From assembly GCA_963740715.1 (NCBI GenBank), contig CAVUGD010000017.1, positions 4,447 through 68,446 on the forward strand: 64,000 bases of DNA, read 5' to 3'. Positions 20,878 through 29,029 of the stretch are shown here, piece after piece (within the stretch, counting starts at the first letter, position 1; every line of letters starts with the position of its first letter). The translations under genes and the position numbers were made by a program. This stretch comes from an uncultured Verrucomicrobiae bacterium. GTDB taxonomy: Bacteria; Verrucomicrobiota; Verrucomicrobiia; Chthoniobacterales; UBA10450. The notes below the pieces were generated by a model that saw only the letters and a list, made by a program, of their open reading frames with translations, searched no databases and had not been told where the DNA came from.

Positions 20878-21117
20878 ATGGCTCAATGCGAAGTTTGCAG
20901 GAACGAGTATGAGAAATCGTTTGAAGTGATCATGGCGGGCAAAAAGCATGTCTTCGACAGCTTCGAATGCGCCATCCACGCCTTGGCGCCAAAGTGTGCC
21001 AATTGTGGGTGCCGCGTTATCGGCCACGACGTGCAGGAAGGCGATCGCATTTTCTGCTGCGCCCACTGCGCGCGGGCCGACGGCAGCACGGAATTGAAAG
21101 ATCACGTCCCCGGTTGA
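20878..21117 (+). CDS. Small Cys/His-rich putative metal-binding protein
   Basis: 79-aa ORF with CxxC, CxxH, CxxCxC and CCxHC spacing (MAQCEVCRNEYEKSFEV...FDSFECAIHALAPKCANCGC...FCCAHCA). It resembles a conserved small metal-binding family I cannot name with certainty. Confidence 0.5.
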   Translation: MAQCEVCRNEYEKSFEVIMAGKKHVFDSFECAIHALAPKCANCGCRVIGHDVQEGDRIFCCAHCARADGSTELKDHVPG

Positions 21118-21134
21118 TTCCCGGCATAAAAAAT

Positions 21135-21489
21135 TGGAGGCGAGGGGAGTTGAACCCCTGTCCTAATCGCTTTCCCCGCGAGCTTCTACATGTGTAGCCG
21201 ATGATTATTTTTAAATGGTCGGACGTTGCACCGGCACACGCCGTCCATCGAGCCACCACGAAATTCCTTCACCGTCCGGCGCGGTCACTCCGCCGTCCGA
21301 TTAGCCTGCTGTCCATGTCCCGGGCCGTAGCAGGCGTCCAGCCCGGAACATCGCAGTCAATTAAGCCGCGAGAGCGAGATCTTGGTGATCTGCATTTATT
21401 TTTTTTGGTTCGGATTTTAACGAGGCCAACGAACCATCCTCGACATGCCGCCTGCGCTTCAAACAATCAGTCGAAACCAGTACGCCCCC
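21135..21489 (-). ncRNA. ssrA: tmRNA (SsrA)
   Basis: 5' GGGGGCGTACTGGTTTCGAC... pairs with 3' ...GGGGTTCAACTCCCCTCGCCTCC-A, including a G3:U pair and a T-arm. The internal tag ORF ends ...GCA GAT CAC CAA GAT CTC GCT CTC GCG GCT TAA (ADHQDLALAA*). The 3' CCA is not encoded. Confidence 0.9.
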
Positions 21490-21584
21490 GTTTTTTTGGG
21501 AGGCCACAATCTACTGCGATCGCCTCCCTTTTCAATCCTCGTCCCGCTCGCGCGCCTTTTCGGATGAAACCCCGGCGCGCCCCG

Positions 21585-22301
21585 CTACTTCGTGCCGTGA
21601 ATCGCGACCGAGGCGGGGAAGATGAGACTGGTGAGCGAAACATCTTGGAAGCCGGCGGCGAATAATTCGCCCCAAAAATCAGCGCCGTATTCCGTCTGCA
21701 CCCGGTAATCATCCACCGCTCCCGCGGCACGCGTGCCGTGATAACTGGGCGGAAGTCCGGTCCGGGATCTCGTTAGGCGTCCGACCACCACGGGGACCGT
21801 ATAGAAAAGATGCCCGCCTTTTTTCAGCACTCGCCGGCATTCCCGCAAGGCCTGCAGCGGATCGGGAATATGCTCAAGGCTATCGGAGTGGACGACGATA
21901 TCGATCGACTCATCCGGCAGGTTCATCTGTTGCATATCGAACGCCGGGAAGGCGACGAGCGAATGGTGGGGAAGGAGTTTAAAGAAGGCCGTTAATTCTC
22001 CCGCAGGATTGATTTCGAGCAGGCGAAGGTCGCGAAAGCGGGCGTTGGAAAGGCAAAGTTCGCGCAAGGAACCGGCGTGATCGAAAGCACGCGTGATCGC
22101 CGCGGCCAGGGTCATGGCCCGGAGGTTGTTGCCGCAATCCAGGCAGGCCAGCCCCTGCTGCTGATCGATGTATCGGACTTCCTCGGGCGCGAGTTGCCAC
22201 TCCGCGATCAATTCCGGCCAGAGCACTTTTTGCTCGTGAAAACGATCGCTCCCGCAGGCCGGGCATTGCTGGAGCGGATAGGATTGAGATTGCTGGTCCA
22301 T
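21585..22301 (-). CDS. Class I SAM-dependent methyltransferase with an N-terminal double CxxC zinc ribbon
   Basis: CPACGSDRF...CLDCGNNL, then a methyltransferase type-11-like core (LLEINPAG..., IDIVVHSDSLEHIPDP, LKKGGHLFYTVP). Confidence 0.7.
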   Translation of the reverse strand: MDQQSQSYPLQQCPACGSDRFHEQKVLWPELIAEWQLAPEEVRYIDQQQGLACLDCGNNLRAMTLAAAITRAFDHAGSLRELCLSNARFRDLRLLEINPAGELTAFFKLLPHHSLVAFPAFDMQQMNLPDESIDIVVHSDSLEHIPDPLQALRECRRVLKKGGHLFYTVPVVVGRLTRSRTGLPPSYHGTRAAGAVDDYRVQTEYGADFWGELFAAGFQDVSLTSLIFPASVAIHGTK

Positions 22302-22475
22302 CGCTGCTGAGTCCTGAACCTAAGCATTACCGCGATCCGGCATTTTCGCACTCCGCCTTTCGGTCCCCGGTTTTCACGCAGGTAGCGGAGCTTGACTATT
22401 GTCCGCGATATTACGTAGTCTCGCGTCACCTTGAACAACCGCGTTACAGCCTTTCCTACCGCTGGTGGGGCGTTT

Positions 22476-23204
22476 ATGACCACGCATTGGAGCGTGGTCA
22501 GTGATTTTGCTCTTGTGGAAACCGAGCCCGACCGCGCTGAGGCCGCACTGACGCGTTTGTGCAACGATTACTGGCCCCCGCTCTACCGGTTTGTGCGTCA
22601 GCGTGGCTACAGCCGGGACGACGCGCGGGATCTGACGCAGGGATTCTTCGCCTATCTGTTGGAAAAAAAGGCGTATTCCACGACCGATCGAAACAAAGGC
22701 CGGTTCCGCACTTTCCTGCTCGTCCTGCTCAAGCGCTATCTCGGCGCTTCGCACGAGTATCAGCACCGACAGAAGCGAGGAGGAGATCAGCGGGCCATTT
22801 TCCTCGATGACAGCCGGTTCGATGCGGTCGAGCGCTTTGAGGAAGGGGCTCTTCAGACCGATGCGCCTCTCGATGAAGCGCGAGCTTTTGAATGGAATTG
22901 GGCGACTGCCCTGGTCGGCCGCGCCATGGAGGCACTCGAGACGGAATTTTCCACGAGCGCAAAGGCGCGGCTGTTGGACGAATTGCGACCGTTCCTGACC
23001 GGCGGTGTCGGCTTGCCCACACCGGAAGAGGCGGCGGCGCGTTTGGAAGTTCCGATCGAAACTTTAAGAAGCCATCTCTCTCGTCTCCGGGCGCGTTACC
23101 GGGCTTTGTTGCGCGCGGAAGTGTTGCGGACGGTGCCGCGGGAGCAGGATATCGATGAGGAGTTGCGTTATCTCTGTCGCGTCCTGCTGGCGGGGGCGCA
23201 GTAG
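22476..23204 (+). CDS. ECF-type sigma-70 factor (Ser/Thr-kinase-associated ECF group)
   Basis: The MTTHWSVV start, region 2 (YWPPLYRFVRQRGYSRDDARDLTQGFF) and region 4 HTH (EAAARLEVPIETLRSHLSRLR). It lies immediately upstream of the kinase gene. Confidence 0.8.
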   Translation: MTTHWSVVSDFALVETEPDRAEAALTRLCNDYWPPLYRFVRQRGYSRDDARDLTQGFFAYLLEKKAYSTTDRNKGRFRTFLLVLLKRYLGASHEYQHRQKRGGDQRAIFLDDSRFDAVERFEEGALQTDAPLDEARAFEWNWATALVGRAMEALETEFSTSAKARLLDELRPFLTGGVGLPTPEEAAARLEVPIETLRSHLSRLRARYRALLRAEVLRTVPREQDIDEELRYLCRVLLAGAQ

Positions 23205-23231
23205 ACTCTTGCCCGGCGCCTGCCGGCAAAC

Positions 23232-26084
23232 ATGGCTACGCCCGTCCAAAACAAAACACTCACCTGCGAACAGTGTGGCGCTCCTTTGCAGAGTCGCGCC
23301 GGAGAATCCGACTGCCTGCAGTGTCTCCTGACGACGGGGCTCGAATCGCCCGAGGGCGCGTCCGTTTCCCCTAACGAACCGGAAACGCGTTTCTATCATC
23401 ACTACGAAATCCTGACCCGCCCCGACGGCTCGGTCTGGGAACTGGGACACGGCGCGATGGGCGTGACCTACAAGGCGCGCGACCTCAATCTCGATACCTT
23501 CGTCGCGCTCAAGATCATCAATGCGCAGTATTCCGCCCGCCCTGGTGCGCGCCAGCGTTTTCTCCAGGAGGCACGCGCGGCAGCGCATTTGCGGCATCCC
23601 AATGTGGCGAGCGTTTTTCACTTTGGCACGATCAACAGCCTCCCCGTCGCGGGAGGGGCGACAGTGAGCGCCGAGGAGAAGGCGGAAGCCGGCGATTGCT
23701 TTTATGCGATGGAATTCGTGGAGGGTGAAACCCTCGAGGCGCGCTTGCGCAGAAGCGGGCCGCTGAGCCCGGTCGAAGCGGCCACGATTGGCGTGCAGGT
23801 GGCGCGGGCCCTGACGGCGGCCGAAGGTCGCGGGCTGGTTCATCGCGATCTCAAGCCCTCGAACATCATGCTCGCGACCGAAGAGATGCAGGGCGCCGGC
23901 GACGCCTGGGTGAAAGTGATCGACTTTGGCCTCGCGCAACGGGCGGAAGGGGAGCGGCCCGGAGCGCAGCCTTTTCTTGGCACATTCGCCTTTGCCAGTC
24001 CCGAGCAAATCGAGGGACGCGCGCTCGGGACCCGGGCAGACATTTACTCGTTAGGCGCGACTCTCTGGTATTCGCTCGCCGGCCAGCCGCCCCGATCGGG
24101 AAGTGCCCTTAACGAAACAAGGAAGGCAGAGTTAAGGGCATCTCCCTCCCTCGTTCCGCTGGAAAAGAGCGGCGTGCCAGCTTCGCTCCGGGCGGTGCTG
24201 GCCGAAGCCGTCGCGCCAAACCCGAGCGATCGCCCGCGAACGGCGGCCGAGTTTGGCCGCAGGCTGGAGAAGTGTCTCTCGGAACTAAGCGAGGCGGCGC
24301 CGTTCCCGGCGGCTCCATTCCGTTGGCGGCGTGTCCTCCTGCCGGCCGGGATCGCGGCCGGACTGCTCGCGCTCGCCATCTTCTTCGCCTCGACCCATGC
24401 GCCCAGAGAAAAGTCGATCGCGGTCCTCCCCTTCCGCAACTTGAGCGGTAACCCGGCGAACGCTTTTTTTGCCGAAGGGCTCCAGGACGACATCCTTTCC
24501 CGTCTGGTCAAGGTGCGCGATCTGAAAGTCATCAGCCGCTTTGGAGTCGCGCGCTATGGCGCGGATCTCCCGCGCAACTTCAAGGAGATCGGGCGCGAGC
24601 TCGGCGTGCGCCAGATTGTGGAAGGCAGCCTCCGCCGCTCGGGTAACCATGTCTTGCTCCATGTCGCCTTAATCGATGCGAAGGATGGACGCGAACTCTG
24701 GGCGGAGGGCTATGACCGCGAGCTGGCGGACGCGATCCATCTCCAGGGCGATCTCGCGAGCGACATCGCCAACGCGCTCAACGCAACACTGAGCCCGGAG
24801 GAAAGCGCCGGGGTCCGCGCAACTCCTACACGCAACGCGGATGCCTATGTCCTTTACCTGCGCGGGCGCAAGTTTGAGAACACCCCGACCTATGCCATCT
24901 CCGACTACGAAGCGGCGGAGGCGCTTTATACCCAGGCGATCGCCCTCGACCCAGGGTTTGCGCTCGCGCATGCCCGGCTCGCGGCGAGCCTGAGCATCCT
25001 CTATCGCGTGCGTGGGCCGAGCGAGGAGCTGCGGGAACGCGCTTATGCCGAGGCGCGCGAAGCGCTTCGCCTGCAACCGGATTTGGGAGAGGCTCATCTC
25101 GTGAGCGCGCTCTGCAGTTATCGGATCGATCGCGATTATGAAAAGGCCATGCCCGCGCTGGAAAAAGCGCGCCGTCTTTTGCCTAACGACACCGAAGCGG
25201 AAAGTTTCATCGCCTACATCGAGCGGCGCCGGGGGCAATGGCGCGAAGCGCGGGCCAGCCTTGAACGCTGCCGGGACCTTGACCCGCGGAACGTCACTTA
25301 CACGGAGGAACTTTACACCACCGCCTACCTCCTGCGCGATTGGCCGGCGGCGGAACGCCACGCTCTCCGCGCCGAAGCCCTCGGTCCCGAGCAGATCCTT
25401 TTAAAAGTTCAGCGCGGGCTGGTCGCGGTCTGGAAAGATGGCGAGGTCGAGCCGCTCCGAAAAGTGTTCGAGGCGATTCCGACCTACGGAGATTCCGAGG
25501 GGATCGTCGCCTGGATGCGCTGGGACGCGGCGATGATGGCGCGTGATTTTACCGCGGCCCAGGAAGCGATCGATGGGTTCCCCGACGACACGCTGCCGTC
25601 GGTCTATAGCGCCCCGATTCCAAAGAGTTACCTGGAAGGCTGTATCGCCCTCGCGACGGGCGATCGGCCACGCGCGCTGGAGAAATTTGAATCGGCACGT
25701 CCCGCCTACGAGGCGGAAGCGCTCGCTCATCCGGAGAGCGCGCTGCGGCATGCGCGCCTCGGTCTGCTTTACGCCTACATGGGCCGGAGAGAAGACGCTC
25801 TCCGCGAGGGGCAGCGCGCGGTCGAGTTAAAGCCGGTCTCGCGGGACCACTTTGAGGGACCCGAAGAGCTCTGCAACCTGGCGCTGATCCATGCCCGGCT
25901 CGGCGATAACGACAGGGCCATCCCGGCGATCGAGTCGCTCCTGCGAACCCCGGGCGGCGTTTTTTTCTACGAAGCGAGCATGAGCCGTTCGGAACTGCGC
26001 CTGCGCTGGCAATGGGACCCGCTGCGCACGGACGAGCGTTTTCAAAAACTGCTGGCGGGCCCGGAACCAGCGACTGTCTATTAA
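23232..26084 (+). CDS. Ser/Thr protein kinase with N-terminal zinc ribbon, TM segment, periplasmic module and TPR repeats
   Basis: CEQCG...CLQC; Hanks motifs GHGAMGVTY, VALK, HRDLKPSN, DFG, SPEQ, DIYSLG; TM (LLPAGIAAGLLALAIFF); KSIAVLPFRNLS module; TPR-like C-terminal half. Confidence 0.9.
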   Translation: MATPVQNKTLTCEQCGAPLQSRAGESDCLQCLLTTGLESPEGASVSPNEPETRFYHHYEILTRPDGSVWELGHGAMGVTYKARDLNLDTFVALKIINAQYSARPGARQRFLQEARAAAHLRHPNVASVFHFGTINSLPVAGGATVSAEEKAEAGDCFYAMEFVEGETLEARLRRSGPLSPVEAATIGVQVARALTAAEGRGLVHRDLKPSNIMLATEEMQGAGDAWVKVIDFGLAQRAEGERPGAQPFLGTFAFASPEQIEGRALGTRADIYSLGATLWYSLAGQPPRSGSALNETRKAELRASPSLVPLEKSGVPASLRAVLAEAVAPNPSDRPRTAAEFGRRLEKCLSELSEAAPFPAAPFRWRRVLLPAGIAAGLLALAIFFASTHAPREKSIAVLPFRNLSGNPANAFFAEGLQDDILSRLVKVRDLKVISRFGVARYGADLPRNFKEIGRELGVRQIVEGSLRRSGNHVLLHVALIDAKDGRELWAEGYDRELADAIHLQGDLASDIANALNATLSPEESAGVRATPTRNADAYVLYLRGRKFENTPTYAISDYEAAEALYTQAIALDPGFALAHARLAASLSILYRVRGPSEELRERAYAEAREALRLQPDLGEAHLVSALCSYRIDRDYEKAMPALEKARRLLPNDTEAESFIAYIERRRGQWREARASLERCRDLDPRNVTYTEELYTTAYLLRDWPAAERHALRAEALGPEQILLKVQRGLVAVWKDGEVEPLRKVFEAIPTYGDSEGIVAWMRWDAAMMARDFTAAQEAIDGFPDDTLPSVYSAPIPKSYLEGCIALATGDRPRALEKFESARPAYEAEALAHPESALRHARLGLLYAYMGRREDALREGQRAVELKPVSRDHFEGPEELCNLALIHARLGDNDRAIPAIESLLRTPGGVFFYEASMSRSELRLRWQWDPLRTDERFQKLLAGPEPATVY

Positions 26085-26154
26085 CCGCGACCAAAATTCA
26101 GTTTGCGAGCGGTGCGGCGCCCCGCTGCAAGACACGGCGAGTACGGCAGGCTGT

Positions 26155-28815
26155 TTGAATTGTCTCCTTCGGGCCGGGATCGAGGGCAAGCCCGGCGCAG
26201 AATCTGCGCGGCGCATTTACCTGCATTACGAAATTCTCGAGCACCCCGATGGTTCGCCCTGGGAACTGGGCCGAAGCGAAACGGGGGTGACCTACAAGGC
26301 GCGCGATATCAACCTCGACACGATCGTGGCGCTCAAGGTGGTGGCGGCGGAGCTTTCGGATCGGCCGGAAGCGCGCGCGCGTTTTCAGCAGGCCGTGCAG
26401 GCCGCAGCGCAAGTCCATCACCCGAACTTCGTCCAGGTCTTCCATTTTGGCACCGTCGTCAGGTCGGAGGTGGAAGCGTCCGCGGAAAATTTCCCCGCGG
26501 CCGAAAGTTTCTACACGATGGAATACGTCGAGGGCGAATCGCTCGAGACGCGAGTCACCCGCCACGGCCCGCTTCGTCCGTTGCTCGCCGTCGAGGTGGC
26601 GATCCAAGTGGCCCGCGCCCTCTCCGAGGCGGAAAAACGCGGCCTTCCCCGGCGCGACCTTCCGCCATCGAACGTCATGCTCACGAGCGATCAGCCGGAC
26701 ACCGTGGCGGCGACCGGGGGCCGGGCCGAAGGGTGGGTGAAAGTGATCGGGCTCAGTCTCAATAAAGGACCCGACCCAGTTGATGCGAACGCGTCTCACG
26801 TTCGCTCCGACCTTTGTTCGTTAGGCGAGATCCTCTGCCTGGCGTTGAGCGGGAAGTCGCCCGCGGAGGATGGAGCGCTGCTCGAGGCAAAACTGCGCGC
26901 GGGCCCGGTTCCGCCAACCGTGATGGTGCTCCTCGAAGAGTTACTCGACCGCGACGAAGAAAAACCGCCATCGCTCCCGGCGGTCATCGGTCTCCTCGAA
27001 AACTGCCGGCAATCGCTGGCCGAGGCGGAGCAATTCCGGCGGCGGCGGCGGCGCTACGCGTATTTCTCCGTTCTGGCTCTGAGCCTGGCGGCGATCGTAT
27101 TCTCCTTTTATTGGCAGCCCTGGGTTTCAGCCGAAGACAAGTCGATCGCGGTGCTGCCGTTTCGGAATTTGAGCCAAAACCAGGACGACGCCTTTTTCGC
27201 GGAAGGTGTGCGGGATGATATCGTTTCCCGCCTGGTCAAAATCCGCGACTTGAAGGTGATGAGTCGTCTGCGATTGGACGCGCTGCCCGCCGGGCAGACT
27301 CCCGATTTTCGTGCCATCGGGCGCGAGCTGGGTGCGCGGAATCTTCTGACCGGCAGCCTGCGCCGTGCGGGCGACCGGGTGTTTCTCGAGGTTTCCCTGC
27401 TGGAAGCAGGCACCGGTCGGCAGATTTGGTCAGAGAAGTACGACCGAAAGCTGAAGGACGCGATCAACCTGCAGGGCGAACTCGCCAGCAACGTGGCGGC
27501 GGCGCTCGACGCCAGGCTGAGCGCTCGTGAACGCGTCGCGGTGCGGGCGAGCACGACTTTGAACCCGGACGCCTATGTCCTCTACCTGCGCGCACGAAAA
27601 CTGGAGGAGAGCATCACCACGCAGGTTTCAAGTTATGAGGCGGCGGCGACCCTTTATCGGCAGGCGATCGCGCTCGACCCCGGTTTTGCGCTGGCGCACG
27701 CCCGCCTCGCGGTGGTGCTGGGAATGCTTTATCGCTTTCGCGGCCCGAGCGAGGAATTGCACAACCAGGCCGCGAGCGCGGCGCGGGAAGCCCTCCGCCT
27801 GGAGCCCGATCTCGGACAGGCGCATCTCGCCCAGGGAATGAATCTTTACCGGATCGAGCGCGACTTCGAGAGCGCGCTCTCCGAGCTGGAAATCGCGCGG
27901 AAACTTTTGCCTAACGACGCCGAGGCCGGTGCCTTTATTGCTTTGATTCACCGGCGCCAAGGGCGATGGCGCGAAGCCCGGAGCGGGCTCGAACAGGCAC
28001 ATCAACTCGCTCCCGAGGTGCGCCGTTATGAGGAAGAACTCCACGCCACCGCCTGCCTGCTGCGGGACTGGCCGGCGGCGGCTCGGCACATCGAGCGGGC
28101 CCTGGCGCTTACGCCGGGGGTGGCGGAGCTCATGTTCGAACGCGCTTTGGTCGATTACTGGCAAAACGGCCACCTTGATCCTCTGCAAAAGGTGGCTGCG
28201 TTGATCGCGTCCGGGCGCGACGTGAGAGGCGATACCGCATGGGCGCGATGGGACGTGGCGATGGTGGCGCGTGATTTTGTCGCCGCTGACCAGGCGATCG
28301 ATTCCTTCCCCTTCGAGACCCTGCCGACGGTGCTGGGGGCGCCAGTTCCGAAAAGCTACCTGAGAGGTTGCACCTGGCTGGCGAGGGGCGATCGAAACCA
28401 GGCGCAGGCGGCATTTGAAATGGCCCGGCCAGCGATGGAAGCGGAGACAATCGCACGGCCCGGCGATGCCATGCGCCATGCCCGCCTCGGGCTTCTTTAT
28501 GCTTACCTCGGCAAGAAAGCCGAGGCTCTGCGTGAAGGGGAGCGCGCGGTCGAGATCACGCCCGTCTCGGAGGACGCGGTCGAGGGGCATCAATGGTTGT
28601 GCAATCTGGCCCTGATTCGCGCCTGGGTCGGGGAGACGGCTGAGTCCGTCTCGATGATCGAGTCGCTCCTTCGGCAGCCGGGATGCGTCTCGCCGTTGAA
28701 TGAAGCATCGCTCACGCTTTCGGATCTCCGCCTGCGCTGGCAATGGGATCCACTTCGTCAGGATCCGCATTTCCAGCGAATCCTGGCCGCGCCGGAGCCC
28801 CGGACTGTTTTTTAG
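26155..28815 (+). CDS. Paralogous pseudokinase-TPR protein (degenerate Ser/Thr kinase domain)
   Basis: Same architecture as the upstream kinase, but the catalytic loop reads RRDLPPSN, DFG is replaced by GLS, the alpha-C Glu is lost and the Gly-loop is degenerate. The zinc-ribbon coding sequence extends upstream of the first canonical start. Confidence 0.8.
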   Translation: MNCLLRAGIEGKPGAESARRIYLHYEILEHPDGSPWELGRSETGVTYKARDINLDTIVALKVVAAELSDRPEARARFQQAVQAAAQVHHPNFVQVFHFGTVVRSEVEASAENFPAAESFYTMEYVEGESLETRVTRHGPLRPLLAVEVAIQVARALSEAEKRGLPRRDLPPSNVMLTSDQPDTVAATGGRAEGWVKVIGLSLNKGPDPVDANASHVRSDLCSLGEILCLALSGKSPAEDGALLEAKLRAGPVPPTVMVLLEELLDRDEEKPPSLPAVIGLLENCRQSLAEAEQFRRRRRRYAYFSVLALSLAAIVFSFYWQPWVSAEDKSIAVLPFRNLSQNQDDAFFAEGVRDDIVSRLVKIRDLKVMSRLRLDALPAGQTPDFRAIGRELGARNLLTGSLRRAGDRVFLEVSLLEAGTGRQIWSEKYDRKLKDAINLQGELASNVAAALDARLSARERVAVRASTTLNPDAYVLYLRARKLEESITTQVSSYEAAATLYRQAIALDPGFALAHARLAVVLGMLYRFRGPSEELHNQAASAAREALRLEPDLGQAHLAQGMNLYRIERDFESALSELEIARKLLPNDAEAGAFIALIHRRQGRWREARSGLEQAHQLAPEVRRYEEELHATACLLRDWPAAARHIERALALTPGVAELMFERALVDYWQNGHLDPLQKVAALIASGRDVRGDTAWARWDVAMVARDFVAADQAIDSFPFETLPTVLGAPVPKSYLRGCTWLARGDRNQAQAAFEMARPAMEAETIARPGDAMRHARLGLLYAYLGKKAEALREGERAVEITPVSEDAVEGHQWLCNLALIRAWVGETAESVSMIESLLRQPGCVSPLNEASLTLSDLRLRWQWDPLRQDPHFQRILAAPEPRTVF

Positions 28816-29029
28816 CCGGGTTCGTCGCCCGGCCGGCGGGGATTTATTCGGGTTCTGCATTTTTTTTGCAATGCCTGGCAAATTTTGCCCAAAGGAAGAG
28901 TAGAGACACTCAGTTGTCAGGTACCTATGGCTAAGTCCCCGGATCTCCGGATCCGACATGCTTGGAGGCGCTGCGAGGCGCTTCCAGGCATGGGGCAAAG
29001 CCGGCGAGGTCCGTTCTGGACTGCGCTGC

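Noticed and set aside
18200-21135. A genomic island integrated at the tmRNA 3' end.
   Set aside because: There is no integrase or recombinase and no direct repeat of the tmRNA 3' segment. The adjacent helicase gene carries five copies of the resident TCGTTAGG motif.
21135-21215. A tRNA-like 3' end (T-arm plus acceptor) that might be a tRNA-Ala gene.
   Set aside because: Its pairing 5' strand lies 350 nt away at 21489, and a tag ORF ending LALAA-TAA lies between them. It is the tRNA-like domain of tmRNA. I found no convincing stand-alone tRNA in the window.
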